A DNA stretch of 64,000 nucleotides from an uncultured Holophagales bacterium (GCA_963842525.1 CAWJGT010000023.1:32001-96000); one strand, 5' to 3'; shown: positions 9,634-19,773, counted from the stretch's first letter. The notes: generated by a model not told the origin, from the letters alone. Made by a program: numbers and translations.

Positions 9634-11589
9634 GTGAACGAACGATCTCGCCGCAGGCTCATCGCCCTCACGCTGGTCGCCGCGGTTGCCCTCGCGATCG
9701 CCCTCCTGGGCATTCCCTACCTCAGCGCCTTCTTCAAGATCACCCTGGCCGGCGGGGCCGTCCTCCTGTTCCTCCGGCTGTCGTGGAAGGCGTTCAAGAC
9801 CTTCCTCTACAAGGTCGGGCGGCGTCTCGCCTTCTCGTACTTCCTCCTCGGCGTGCTGCCGATCCCCATGGTCCTCCTGCTCCTGGGGTTCATTGCCTAC
9901 GTGCTCGCCGGGTTCTTCCTCGGGCACCTCTACCGGGATACGGTCGCGGAGCTCCAGGCCGAGCTCGACGCGGCGGCGCGGAGCCACGTCCAGACGCTGG
10001 TCCGCACCGGCAAACCGCCCACCGTGCGGGAGCCTGGCATCGCATTCGGCTATTACCACAGCGGGCGGCGGATCGCCGGCGACCCGCGGACTCCCGCGGC
10101 CTGGCCGAGCTGGGCGGGCCAGGGCAAACCACCCGAGCGCCGCCTCGACCGGGAGGAGGCCGCGCGCTTCTTTGCGCAGTCCAATGGCTCGCCGTCCCTG
10201 GGCACGGCCGCCATCGAGGCGGGGCACGGCGTCCTGGCCCTCACCACAACCCACCTCGACCGGGAGATCAGCCGGCGGGCCGACCTGTGGGTGGAGACGG
10301 ACCGTCCGGACGATCCGGACCTGATCGGGTTCGCAGGGCGTACCATCACTCTGCGCCAGTTCCGCCGCGAGCACCAGGTTGGCGAAGCCGAGCAGTACTT
10401 CAAGAGGATCTCGGGTGGCGAGCGGATCTGGGACGACCCGGTGCTCTGGTGGGCGGAGCTCACCGGCCCCCTGCTCGAACCGGCGACCGGAAGCCGCCTC
10501 TCAGACCAGTTGACCATCACGCTCAACAGCACGCCGCGCACCGTCCTGCGCCACCTCTTCTCCACCTCCGGCGAGACCGACTCGAAGGTATGGGCCGCCC
10601 TCGTGCTGGTCGCGGTGCTGCTCCTCGACATCTACGTGATCGCGGCGCTGATGGCCGTCTTCATGATCGTTGGGCTCTCTCTCGCGGTGAACCGCCTCAG
10701 CCGGGCCACCGCCGCGGTACGGGAGGGGGACTTTTCGGTGCGCATCCCGGTGCGGCGGCGCGACCAGCTCGGCGACCTCCAGCGCTCGTTCAACGAGATG
10801 TCGGCCAACCTGGAGACCCTGGTCGCCACCGCGGCACAAAAGGAGGTCCTGGAGAAGGAGCTGGCGATCGCCCGCGACCTCCAGAAGAGCCTGATCCCGA
10901 CCGACCTGCCGGCCGGCCAGGAGATCGAGCTGGCCACGCTGTTCGAGCCCAGCGCCGCGATCGGCGGCGACTATTTCGACGTGCTGCGCCTGTCCGAAAC
11001 CCAGCTCGCGGTGATCATCGCGGATGTCTCGGGCCACGGCCTGCCGACCGGGCTGCGCATGGCGATGCTCAAGGCCGCCCTGCTCATCCTGGTCGAGGAG
11101 ACCCGCGAGCCGGAGGAGATCCTGCGCCGGCTGGACGGGGTGGTACGAAACCAGAAGAGCCGGGTGTTCGTCACCGCCACCCTGGGGATGCTCGACCTGC
11201 GGACGGGCGACCTGCGCCTGACCAACGCCGGCCATCCGCCCACCTATCTGCTGCGCGGCGGCGCGGTCGAGGAGATCGTCCTCCCCGGCTCTCCCCTCGG
11301 CGGCCTGGGCCACACCTACGGGCGGGCCACGGTGACGCTCAAGCCGGGCGACGTGGTCGTCTGGCTCTCGGACGGGCTGATCGAGGCCACCGACGTCCAC
11401 GGGGAGCCGTTCGGCTATGAACGGGTCGTGCAGACGTTTGCGGCGTTCAACGGCACCCGGCCGCGGGCGGCCCAGGTCCGCGACAGCCTGCTCGCGGCCG
11501 TGGAGCGCTACGCCGGCGGCCAGCCGCCGAACGACGACCGGACGCTGGTGGTGATGCGGTATATGGGGCCGCGGGAAGTCGCCCCCTGA
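9634..11589 (+). CDS. membrane HAMP-PP2C/SpoIIE family protein phosphatase
   Basis: N-terminal TMs, HAMP (RRDQLGDLQRSFNEM), GGDYFD, ADVSGHG, NAGHP, SDGLIE, NDDRT. Confidence 0.92.
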   Translation: MNERSRRRLIALTLVAAVALAIALLGIPYLSAFFKITLAGGAVLLFLRLSWKAFKTFLYKVGRRLAFSYFLLGVLPIPMVLLLLGFIAYVLAGFFLGHLYRDTVAELQAELDAAARSHVQTLVRTGKPPTVREPGIAFGYYHSGRRIAGDPRTPAAWPSWAGQGKPPERRLDREEAARFFAQSNGSPSLGTAAIEAGHGVLALTTTHLDREISRRADLWVETDRPDDPDLIGFAGRTITLRQFRREHQVGEAEQYFKRISGGERIWDDPVLWWAELTGPLLEPATGSRLSDQLTITLNSTPRTVLRHLFSTSGETDSKVWAALVLVAVLLLDIYVIAALMAVFMIVGLSLAVNRLSRATAAVREGDFSVRIPVRRRDQLGDLQRSFNEMSANLETLVATAAQKEVLEKELAIARDLQKSLIPTDLPAGQEIELATLFEPSAAIGGDYFDVLRLSETQLAVIIADVSGHGLPTGLRMAMLKAALLILVEETREPEEILRRLDGVVRNQKSRVFVTATLGMLDLRTGDLRLTNAGHPPTYLLRGGAVEEIVLPGSPLGGLGHTYGRATVTLKPGDVVVWLSDGLIEATDVHGEPFGYERVVQTFAAFNGTRPRAAQVRDSLLAAVERYAGGQPPNDDRTLVVMRYMGPREVAP

Positions 11590-11629
11590 CCATTCTGCGG
11601 CACCCAAACGGCAGGACGAAAAACTGCTC

Positions 11630-12540
11630 CCCACCTCGACCTCGGCCGCCTGCCCATCCCCGGCCCCACCTTCGTCGGCCGCGACGCGGAAGCTCGCCCG
11701 TTTGGACGAGGCCTGGGAGGACCCGGCCACCCACGTCCTAACCCTGGTGGCCTTCGGAGGCGTGGGCAAATCGGCGCTGGTCGCCCGCTGGATGGACCGC
11801 ATGGCGGCCGACGGCTGGCGCGGCGCCGCGCGGGTGCTCGACTGGTCGTTCTACAGCCAGGGGAGCAAAGACCAAAACACCTCCGCCGAGCCGTTCATCG
11901 ATTACGCTCTCCGCTTCTTCGGCGATCCCGACCCCAAAGCCGGCTCCCTGCACGACCGCGGCACCCGCCTCGCCTCTCTAATCAGGATGGAGCGCACCCT
12001 TCTCGTCCTCGACGGCATCGAGCCCCTGCAATACCCGCCGGGCCGCCCGGAGATCGAGGGCCGTCTCAAGGACCACGGCCTCTCCGCTCTCCTCAAAGGC
12101 CTGGCCGCCGGCAACCCGGGCCTCTGCGTGGTCACCACTCGGGAGCAGATCGCCGACCTCGCCGGCTCCCCAAACACAGCGCCGCAGATCCCCCTGGAGG
12201 TATTAGAGCTGGGTGCGTCTGTGTCCTTGCTCCGCCAGCTCGGCGTGGCCGGCAGGGAGGTCGAGCTGCGCACCGCGGCCGAGGAGTTCCAACGGCACGC
12301 CCTTACCCTGACCCTCCTCGGCAACTTCCTGCGCCGGGCCCACGGCGGCGACGTCCGCAAGCGGCGCGAGATCGACCTCCATCAAGCCGACAAGAAACAG
12401 GGTGGCCACGCCTTCCGAGTAATCGCGGCCTATGCCCGCTGGCTGGGAGAGGGACCGGAGCTGGAGATCCTGCGCCTCCTCGGCCTCTTCGACCGGCCTG
12501 CGGAAGCCAGCGCCCTGAAGGCCCTGCGCGCCGCGTTTGC
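11630..12540 (+). pseudogene. truncated STAND/NB-ARC-like P-loop NTPase fragment
   Basis: LPIPGPTFVGRDAE (frameshift ~11690) LARLDEAW..., Walker A GGVGKS, Walker B LLVLDG; no start or N-terminal effector domain; runs into the antisense of the next gene with no TPRs. Confidence 0.7.
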
Positions 12541-12606
12541 GCCCGGTCGTTTGGTGGTGACGGACTGGGGCGTCTCTACCTGCGTTCCAGACGGGAGAGG
12601 GGACCC

Positions 12607-13328
12607 CTACATCTCAGCCAGCGTCAATCCCAGATTCGAGAAGATCCGCCGCACGTAGTTGCGGGTCTCGCGATAGGGGGGGATGCCCTGGTAGCGGAGG
12701 ACGGCGTTCTCGCCTGCGTTGTAGGCGGCGAGGACCTTGGCGAGGTCGTTGGGGAATTGGTCGACCAGCCAGCTCAGGTAGCGGACCCCGGCCTCGACGT
12801 TCTCCGCGGGGTCGAAGAGCTTCTCCTTGCGCACCCCGAAGCGGATCGCCGTCGCGGGCATGAGCTGCATGAGGCCGCGCGCACCCTTGTGCGAGACCGC
12901 CCGCTTATTGCCGGCCGACTCCTGGCGGATCAGCGCCGCGACCACCGTCGGGTTGACCTTGTGCTTGCGCGCCGCCTCGTAGATGAGCTGGCCGTAGGGG
13001 CCTTCGGGAACCGGCTGGTCCTCGGCGAAGCGGAGCGGGATGGGGGGCTCGGGAACGGGTGGCACCTCCGCGGCAGCGGCCACGGCGGCCGGCTCGGGCT
13101 CGGGCCACTCGACCTCGTCATCCAGGACCCGCTCGACGCGCTCGATGGGAAGCGTCATGGCCCCGCCGAAGCCGAGCGTCAGCCGCGCCTGGTCCTCCCC
13201 CGCCTCATAGGCCTTGACCTTGAAAACGCTGCCGTCGGTGAGGACCACGAGCCCGCCCGCACGGGCACGGCGAAGCCGAGGAAGGCGATGGGGACGAGGA
13301 GGACGGGATTACAAGGTCTGCGCGTCAT
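12607..13328 (-). CDS. lytic transglycosylase (SLT domain); apparent frameshift near 13252 separates the signal peptide
   Basis: IRQESAG, SHKGARGLMQLMPATA, AAYNAG, PPYRETRNYV; signal peptide MTRRPCNPVLLVPIAFLGFAVPVRA starts at ATG 13328 in a shifted frame. Confidence 0.9.
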
Positions 13329-13508
13329 TGCTGCCGGCTCTCCGGGTCAAGGCGTCGCTGATTGTACGGACAGACGGGCCAAAACGCCTAGTCCCGCCCA
13401 GAAAAACTACGAGCTTTGCTCAAGAGGGAGAACCAGGAGCGGGACGGCAGGTATTCCGGAAGCGAGAGAGGGGGCCGCCCCCAGCAGGAGCGGCCCTGGT
13501 GACGCGCT

Positions 13509-13901
13509 TCAGTTGAGCAGATAGCAGTCGCGCTCCGCGATGGTGTCGCACTCGGTGTAGAAGATGGCGTTGCTGTAGACGTACGCCTTCTTGCACTGCG
13601 GCCCGCCCGGATTGATGGTGAACTCCCAGACCGAATAGCCGGAGGACGGATTGTCCGACTTCCAGGCGAAGGTGACCTTACGGTTGTCGATGAACGTCAT
13701 GCCGGGGTCCTTGAAGCGTTCGATCCCGCGCTGCAGGGTAAAGCTCCCGGCGACGTTGATCTCGGAGGACCCGGTGCCGATGAAGTACCCGTTCTGGAAG
13801 TGGTAGCAGAAGTAGCTCCCGGAACGCGGCAGGACGACCGCATGGGCAGAGGCGGCGGCGACGGTGGCGAGCAGCAACGCGAACAGAACGACCTTTTTCA
13901 T
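13509..13901 (-). CDS. small secreted Cys/aromatic-rich hypothetical protein
   Basis: RBS AAGGAG; signal peptide MKKVVLFALLLATVAAASAHA; 4 Cys in the mature part. Confidence 0.8.
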   Translation of the reverse strand: MKKVVLFALLLATVAAASAHAVVLPRSGSYFCYHFQNGYFIGTGSSEINVAGSFTLQRGIERFKDPGMTFIDNRKVTFAWKSDNPSSGYSVWEFTINPGGPQCKKAYVYSNAIFYTECDTIAERDCYLLN

Positions 13902-13965
13902 GACTCACTTCTCCTTGCCAGAGTGGCGGAGCGGGGTTGATTCCCCGTGTTCGCGCTCTTCTCAA

Positions 13966-13982
13966 GGCAAGGCGGAGGCCAG
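13966..13982 (-). promoter_or_regulatory. sigma54 -24/-12 promoter
   Basis: Minus strand CTGGC-CTCCGCC-TTGC matches TGGC-N7-TTGC; lies directly downstream of a bEBP gene and upstream of the secreted protein. Confidence 0.75.
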
Positions 13983-14023
13983 ACGCCAAGCTATTGAGAG
14001 ATAGAGACTTGTAAGATCTGCCC

Positions 14024-14080
14024 GTCCCGTCTTCGGGATGGGAGGCCAGTAGGGAAGGAGATCTGTCCCGAATCCGGGAC
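14024..14080. promoter_or_regulatory. two palindromic upstream activator sites for the bEBP
   Basis: GTCCCG-N4-CGGGAT (14024-14039) and GTCCCG-N4-CGGGAC (14065-14080), 41 bp apart, upstream of the sigma54 site. Confidence 0.65.
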
Positions 14081-14084
14081 CGGC

Positions 14085-15848
14085 TCAGGCGGGGGCTTCG
14101 CCGAGCCCCAGCTCCTTGAGCTTGCGGTAGTACGTGGTGCGGGAGACTCCGAGCAGCTCCATGGCCCGGGATGCATCGCCTTCGGCGGCGGCGAGGGCCA
14201 CGGCGAATGCTTCGCGCTCGGCGCGCAGGACCGTCTCTTCGAGGGTGAGGCAGCGGGCACCCTGGTCAGGAACCTGGCGGACCCGCTCCGCGAGGTGCTC
14301 GAGGTCGAGGGGCTCCCCCGGCTCCAGCAGCAGGGCGGCCTTGGCGATCTCGTTCTGGAGCTCGCGGACGTTGCCGGGCCAGGGATGGCGGACCAGGGCG
14401 CCCAGGGCGGCGCGGGTGATGCCGGGGCTCGTGAGCCCGTTCTTCTCCAGCTCGCGGTGGAAGAAGCGGGCGGCGAGCGACGGGATCTCCTCTTTCCGCT
14501 CCCGCAGCGGCGGGAGCTTCACCTGGAAGGCGGCCAGGCGGTGGAAGAGGTCGCGGCGGAAAACCCCCTCCTCCACCAGCGCGTCCAGCTCCCGGTTGGT
14601 CGCCGAAATCAGGCGAACATCGACCTGGACGGGGTTGCGCCCGCCGACCCGGTAGAAGCTCGTGCTTTCGAGCACCCGCAGCACCTTGGCCTGGGTCTCC
14701 GGGGCCATGTCGCCGACCTCGTCCAGGAAGACCGTGCCGCCGCTGGCGCGCTCGAGGAGCCCGGGCCGGGCCTCGACGCCGGTGGCGACCCCGCGCTCGA
14801 TACCAAACAGCTCGGCCTCCAGCAGCTCCTTGGGCAGGGCCGCGCAGTTGACGGCCAGGAAGGGGCCTTCGGCGCGCCGCGACCGGGCATGGATCCAGCG
14901 CGCCAGCACCTCCTTGCCGGCGCCAGACTCGCCGAGGACCAGCACCGGCACGTTGCCGCGCGCCACCTTGCCGGCGCTGCGGTAGATCCGCGACGTTTCC
15001 CTGCCCAGGCCCGGCGGCGGGATCAGCTCTCCCGAGCCGCGCGAGGGCCGGGATGAGCCTTCGCTCTCGCCCCAGCGGCGCCTGCGGCCCGGGCCGGCGT
15101 CGAGCAAGGCGAGCGCCAGCCGGAGCAGGGACGTGAGAGCTACGAGGCGCACTGGCTCGGGCGCGCGCAGCCGGACCTTCCAGCCGCCGGGTCCTTCGAC
15201 CTCCAAACTCTCCACGGCCCCGGGGGCCTGCTGCAGGGTCGAAGCCGCGGCGACGAGCGCGTCTCCCCGCGTGGCCGGGCGCAGGAATTCGACCCGGCTG
15301 ACAGGGAGCACCTCGATCCAACGCTGCGCCAGGGCGGCGGCGGTCTCTTCGGGGCCGGCGGAGGTCTCGAGCAGCGGGACAAGGACTTCCTGGAGGCTTT
15401 CGGCCAGGCGCTCGACGGGGTGGAGCCCCACGGTGGTGAGCCCCTCCTGCGGCGGCGTCTGAGCCTGGGCTATGCCTGCACCCTCGTCCCGTGGGGGAGA
15501 GAGCAGCACCTGCATCCGCGCCGGATCCTCGGTCTGGAGCAGCGTCTGGACCGCGCCGAAGGCGATCGCCGCAGAGCCGCAGACCCCGCAAACCACCACT
15601 TCCTGGATGCGCCGCCCGGCGAGGAAGGTGCCGTTCTTCGAGCCGAGATCCGTGACCACGGCTCCGCCGTCGGCCAACACCCGGAGGAGGGCGTGCCGCC
15701 GGGAGATCCCCGGCAGGTCGAGCGGGAGGTCCGCGTCAGGGGCAGAGCCCACGACGTGCTCGCCCGGCGCGAGGCGGAAGCGCCGGACGGTCGAGCCGTC
15801 GCCGCTCAGGATCTTGAGGACGTAGAGGAAGTCGGGCTCATCGGCCAC
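14085..15848 (-). CDS. FHA-domain sigma54-dependent transcriptional activator (Fis HTH)
   Basis: FHA (ISRRHA, DLGSKNGT); AAA+ GESGAGKE, ELFG..GVATGV (GAFTGA variant), FLDEV, WPGNVREL; HTH LGVSRTTYYRKL. Confidence 0.95.
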   Translation of the reverse strand: MADEPDFLYVLKILSGDGSTVRRFRLAPGEHVVGSAPDADLPLDLPGISRRHALLRVLADGGAVVTDLGSKNGTFLAGRRIQEVVVCGVCGSAAIAFGAVQTLLQTEDPARMQVLLSPPRDEGAGIAQAQTPPQEGLTTVGLHPVERLAESLQEVLVPLLETSAGPEETAAALAQRWIEVLPVSRVEFLRPATRGDALVAAASTLQQAPGAVESLEVEGPGGWKVRLRAPEPVRLVALTSLLRLALALLDAGPGRRRRWGESEGSSRPSRGSGELIPPPGLGRETSRIYRSAGKVARGNVPVLVLGESGAGKEVLARWIHARSRRAEGPFLAVNCAALPKELLEAELFGIERGVATGVEARPGLLERASGGTVFLDEVGDMAPETQAKVLRVLESTSFYRVGGRNPVQVDVRLISATNRELDALVEEGVFRRDLFHRLAAFQVKLPPLRERKEEIPSLAARFFHRELEKNGLTSPGITRAALGALVRHPWPGNVRELQNEIAKAALLLEPGEPLDLEHLAERVRQVPDQGARCLTLEETVLRAEREAFAVALAAAEGDASRAMELLGVSRTTYYRKLKELGLGEAPA

Positions 15849-15857
15849 GCGAGGAGT

Positions 15858-18656
15858 CTACTCTCGCGGCAGGCTTGCGAGCTGCCTCGCCGGGCGGCCC
15901 GGCGATGCGCCATGCGCGGCGAGCCAGGCTTCATTCTGCTTCCTCTGCGCGACGGCCACGGCGCTGGATCCGTAGCCATCCAGGGCGAGGCGAGCCTGCT
16001 GCAGCGCCCTCTGCCGGTCGCCGCGACCGTCCCAGAGAGAGCGCGCCAGGACGAAGCGGGCCTCGGCGATGAAACCCGGATCGATGGGCCGGCCCTCGCG
16101 CAGGGCCAGGGCGCGTTCGGCGAGCGGCAGGGCCTCCTGGGCACGGTCGAGCTCCAGGAGAGCTTTGGAAACTCCGATCAGGCCGACGGCCAGGTCCGGA
16201 TTGTCGGGACCAAAGCTCTTCTCGAAGATCGCCAGGACTCTGCGGAAGGCGGCCAGCGACTCCTCCTGGCGCCCCTGGAGCGCCAGCGTGTCGCCCAGGC
16301 CGCTCAGCGTCATGCCCACGTAGGGATGCTCGGGCCCGAGGCCCTTCTCGAAGGCCGGGAGCGCCTGCTCGAAACAGCGCAGTGCCTCGCCAAGACGGCC
16401 GCTGTCCTTGTAGGCGAGCCCCATGCTGTAGAACGCGCCGAGGGCCAGGTAGTGATCGGGGCCATAGTGCTGCCGAAGCGTCTTGTAAGCACGCTGGAAG
16501 GCGCTCAGGGCTTCCTCCTCACGCCCCAGGTTCATAAGGATGTTCCCGAGGGCGGTATACGACCTGCCGAAATCGGGGTGCCCCGGCGCCAGAATCTTTT
16601 CGCGGATCGCGAGGCCTCGGCGGAGGTGGCGGAGCGCCTCCTCCTCGTGCCCCATCTGATCCTCGATAGCGCTGAGGTTGGTCAGGAGCGAGGCGACATC
16701 GGGCTGCTCGGGGCCGAGGCTCCGCTCGGCCAGCGCCAGAGCGCGCAGCGAGACATCGCGCGCCTCGGTGAACCGCCGCTCTTCCGCCAGGACCATTCCC
16801 AGATGCCGGAGGACCCCGGACCGTACGTTGTCCCCCATCCGGCCCCCTTCCGCCATCCCCTCGGCGAGACGCGCCCAACGGTACCCCTCCTCGGGCCGGG
16901 AGAGCTTGTGGCCGACGATCGCGGCGAGCTGCGAGGCGGCCTGCGCTGCAAGCTCCTGGTGCCCGGCTACTTCGGCAGCGACGAGTGCTTCGAACAGGGT
17001 CGCCTCGGCACCCTGGAGATCGCCGGTCACGTCTTGGAGGCGGGCCTGTTGGTACAGCGCTTCCGCCTCCAGGGGGCGGTAGCCAAGCCTCCGAGCCAGG
17101 TCGACGGCCACGCCGGCCTTCGGCAACGACTCCTTGTGCTTGCCCGCGATCAGACCGGCCAGCACCTCCGCCACCTTCGCGCGCACGGCCTCCACCCGCG
17201 CCCGCAGCTCCGGGTCGCGCGGCGGCGGGACCTTGGCGGTCAGCGCCTCGCGGTCCGCGCAGGTCTCGATCCGCGGCAGGGCGCTCACGGCATTGAGAGC
17301 CTTCTCCACCACCTGCGCATCGGCCTGCGCGAACAGGCCGACCGTGGCATCGACCTCCTGCATCCTCTGGTCGAGGCAGAACATCCGCCGGTCGAGGAGG
17401 TCCTCCGACTGCTCGCCGCGCAGGCGCGTCGCCTCACAGGACTCGCGATGCATCGTTGCCCAGCGACCGGTGTGCTCGTCGAGCGCGCGTTCCACCAGCG
17501 CCCAGACCTTCCCGGCCTGCGCCAGGCCGGTCGCCGCAAAGGCTGCCCGGACGGCCTCCTTGCGGTCCGCATTCCAGACCCCCGCGACCCGGCTCTCCGC
17601 GCCGCGGCAGAGCTGGTTGCGCGCCGTGCGGTCGCGCTCCCAGGCGACGAGGCCCCCGATGGCCACCAGGACCAAGGCCGCAGCGGCCAGCCAGCGCCAG
17701 CGGACGGCCGTTGGATCGCGGTCCAGGGCGGCGAGGAGGTCGTCCATCGAGGGATGGCGCCGCGCCGGGTCGGCATCGAGGCCGCGGAGCACTACCTGGC
17801 GCAGCCAGGAGGGGACGCGGCGGTCCATGGCCGTCTCGCTGCCCTCCTGGTCCGCGGCCGGCCGCACGCCGAAGAGCGCTTCGTGGAGGGTCACGCAAAA
17901 GGCGTACTGGTCGCTCCGCGCGTCAGTAGACTCGCCGCGGCGCTGCTCCGGCGCCATGTAGGCCGGCGTCCCCACGGCCATCCCCCACGCGGTCAGCGAT
18001 GCGGTCAGGGGGCTCACCTCGATGGCCGTGGGCTCCTCCGGCTTGTCGCCGGGCCGGCCCGCCTGCCGCGCCAGGCCAAAGTCGGCGACCCGCACCCGCC
18101 CGTCCCCTCCCAGCAGGACGTTCTCCGGCTTGAAGTCCCGGTGTACCAGGCCGGCCGCATGGGCCGCCGCAAGACCGCGCCCGGCGGGGAGCAGGACGGC
18201 GAGCACCTCCCGCCAGGAGCGCCGCTCCTCGACGAGCCACTGCCGCAGGTTCCGTCCCTCGACGAGCTCCATGGCCACGAAGACCCGGTCGTCGAAGGTC
18301 CCCGTGTCATAGACAGCCACGACATTGGGATGGGAGAGGCGGGCGATGGCCTGTGCTTCACGCAGCAGGCGGAGGCGGTCCCCCTCTCCGGAGGAGCCGG
18401 TCCGGTCCGGACGGAGGAGCTTGAGAGCGACCTTGCGGTCCAGCTCGGGGTCGTAGCCCGCATAGACCACCCCCATGCCGCCCCGGCCGATCGCGTCAAG
18501 GACCAGGTAGCGGCCGACCGAGGCGCCGCGCGGCAGGGGTGCCGGGTCGGCGGCCTCCCGCGGGACCCACGGGCCGCCCTTCGCGGCGATGTGGACGGTG
18601 TCCGTCGCTTCCGGGGGCCTCTGGGAGGGGGGTAGATCGGGCATGGCAAGCTCCAC
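15858..18656 (-). CDS. membrane Ser/Thr protein kinase with C-terminal TPR array
   Basis: GRGGMG, VALK, HRDFKPEN, DFGLA, GTPAYMAPE; one TM; kinesin-light-chain-type TPRs (LGPEHP..A). Confidence 0.95.
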   Translation of the reverse strand: MELAMPDLPPSQRPPEATDTVHIAAKGGPWVPREAADPAPLPRGASVGRYLVLDAIGRGGMGVVYAGYDPELDRKVALKLLRPDRTGSSGEGDRLRLLREAQAIARLSHPNVVAVYDTGTFDDRVFVAMELVEGRNLRQWLVEERRSWREVLAVLLPAGRGLAAAHAAGLVHRDFKPENVLLGGDGRVRVADFGLARQAGRPGDKPEEPTAIEVSPLTASLTAWGMAVGTPAYMAPEQRRGESTDARSDQYAFCVTLHEALFGVRPAADQEGSETAMDRRVPSWLRQVVLRGLDADPARRHPSMDDLLAALDRDPTAVRWRWLAAAALVLVAIGGLVAWERDRTARNQLCRGAESRVAGVWNADRKEAVRAAFAATGLAQAGKVWALVERALDEHTGRWATMHRESCEATRLRGEQSEDLLDRRMFCLDQRMQEVDATVGLFAQADAQVVEKALNAVSALPRIETCADREALTAKVPPPRDPELRARVEAVRAKVAEVLAGLIAGKHKESLPKAGVAVDLARRLGYRPLEAEALYQQARLQDVTGDLQGAEATLFEALVAAEVAGHQELAAQAASQLAAIVGHKLSRPEEGYRWARLAEGMAEGGRMGDNVRSGVLRHLGMVLAEERRFTEARDVSLRALALAERSLGPEQPDVASLLTNLSAIEDQMGHEEEALRHLRRGLAIREKILAPGHPDFGRSYTALGNILMNLGREEEALSAFQRAYKTLRQHYGPDHYLALGAFYSMGLAYKDSGRLGEALRCFEQALPAFEKGLGPEHPYVGMTLSGLGDTLALQGRQEESLAAFRRVLAIFEKSFGPDNPDLAVGLIGVSKALLELDRAQEALPLAERALALREGRPIDPGFIAEARFVLARSLWDGRGDRQRALQQARLALDGYGSSAVAVAQRKQNEAWLAAHGASPGRPARQLASLPRE

Positions 18657-18722
18657 GGTGCAGGACAGAGTGTGGCTCTTTCATGTCCTGGTGCGCAAAT
18701 GCACCGATCTATTTCGGCGGAC

Positions 18723-19703
18723 CTACGATCGCGGATGGAAACGGTCGTAGAGGGTCTTCAGGCGCTGCTGGTGGATGTGGGTGTAGATCTGGGTCGTCGA
18801 GATGTCGGCATGGCCGAGCATGGTCTGGACGGCCCGCAGGTCGGCCCCGTGCTCCAGCAGGTGGGTCGCGAAGCTGTGGCGCAGGACGTGAGGGGACAGC
18901 GGCGAGCACACGCCCGCCGCGAGGCCGTGTTTCTTGAGGATCTTCCAGAACCCCACGCGGCTCATGGGATTGCCGGCGGCGTTCGCGAAGACGGCCTGGT
19001 GCCGCCCCGGGGCGAGCCGCGGCCGGACCTCCCGCAGGTAGCGCTGGACCCAATGCTCGGCCGCCTCGCCGACCGGCACGATCCGCTCCTTGCTCCCCTT
19101 GCCGAAGGCGACCAGGAAGCCGGCCTCCAGACGGAGCTGCGGGAGCTGGAGCCCTACGAGCTCGCTCACCCGCAGCCCGGTCGCGTAGAGCAGCTCGAGC
19201 ATGGCCCGGTCGCGCAGGCCGAGCGAGGTCGCGACGTCGGGCGCGTGGAGCAGGGCCTCGACCTCCTCCTCCGACAGCACCTTGGGGAGCGGGCGCCCGA
19301 GCCGCGGCGGCAGGAGGTTGACCGCCGGGTTGTCCTTGCGTTCGCCGAGCAGGATGAGGTTTTCGTAGAAGCCGCGGAGGGCCGAGAGTGCCCGACTGAT
19401 CGAGCGCGGGGACAACCCCTGGCGGTTCAAGTCCCGCAAGTGGCCGGCAAGGGCCTGGGCGTCGGCGGTGAGCAGGTCGCTCTTCTTCTTCGCCAGCGCC
19501 TCGCCCAGCCGGGTGAGGTCGTTCCTGTAGCCGTCAACCGTGTTTTTGGAGAGGCCCCGCTCCACCGCGAGGCTCTCCAGATAGCGATCGAGGGCGCGCC
19601 GCCAGGTGGACCCCTCACCCCCGGCCCCTCTCCCATCCGCCCTCCCGGACCCCCGGGAGAGGGGAGTCGAGACGTTTCGGCCCGTATCTCCTTTTCTCTT
19701 CAT
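18723..19703 (-). CDS. xerD: site-specific tyrosine recombinase XerD
   Basis: ERGLSKNT..Y..DL, RDRAMLELLYATGLRVSEL, GKGSKERIVP, SPHVLRHSFATHLL.HGADLRAVQ.MLGHADISTTQIYTH, HPR C-terminus. Confidence 0.93.
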   Translation of the reverse strand: MKRKGDTGRNVSTPLSRGSGRADGRGAGGEGSTWRRALDRYLESLAVERGLSKNTVDGYRNDLTRLGEALAKKKSDLLTADAQALAGHLRDLNRQGLSPRSISRALSALRGFYENLILLGERKDNPAVNLLPPRLGRPLPKVLSEEEVEALLHAPDVATSLGLRDRAMLELLYATGLRVSELVGLQLPQLRLEAGFLVAFGKGSKERIVPVGEAAEHWVQRYLREVRPRLAPGRHQAVFANAAGNPMSRVGFWKILKKHGLAAGVCSPLSPHVLRHSFATHLLEHGADLRAVQTMLGHADISTTQIYTHIHQQRLKTLYDRFHPRS

Positions 19704-19771
19704 GATTCCCCCCTCTCCCGTGCGGTTGGGAGGGCGGATGGGAGAGGGGGGTCGTCAGGGGGGTGAGGGGC
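19611..19771. repeat. inverted pair of REP-like palindromes, one inside the xerD 5' coding region
   Basis: CCCCTCACCCCCGGCCCCTCTCCC...GGGAGAGGGG (19611-19664) and the reverse copy (~19706-19771). Confidence 0.85.
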
Positions 19772-19773
19772 CG

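Noticed and set aside
15420-18635. Long antisense or alternative-frame ORFs (e.g. 15420-18635 +, 6258-8849 -, 30615-33644 -, 39725-41968 -, and the 5' extension of 23188-27039 -)
   Set aside because: Shadow ORFs of high-GC genes: they overlap well-supported genes and carry no recognisable motifs
18723-19703. XerD as the integrase of the island
   Set aside because: It is a canonical chromosomal XerD among housekeeping genes, ~3.5 kb from the island edge; I found no att repeats or tRNA
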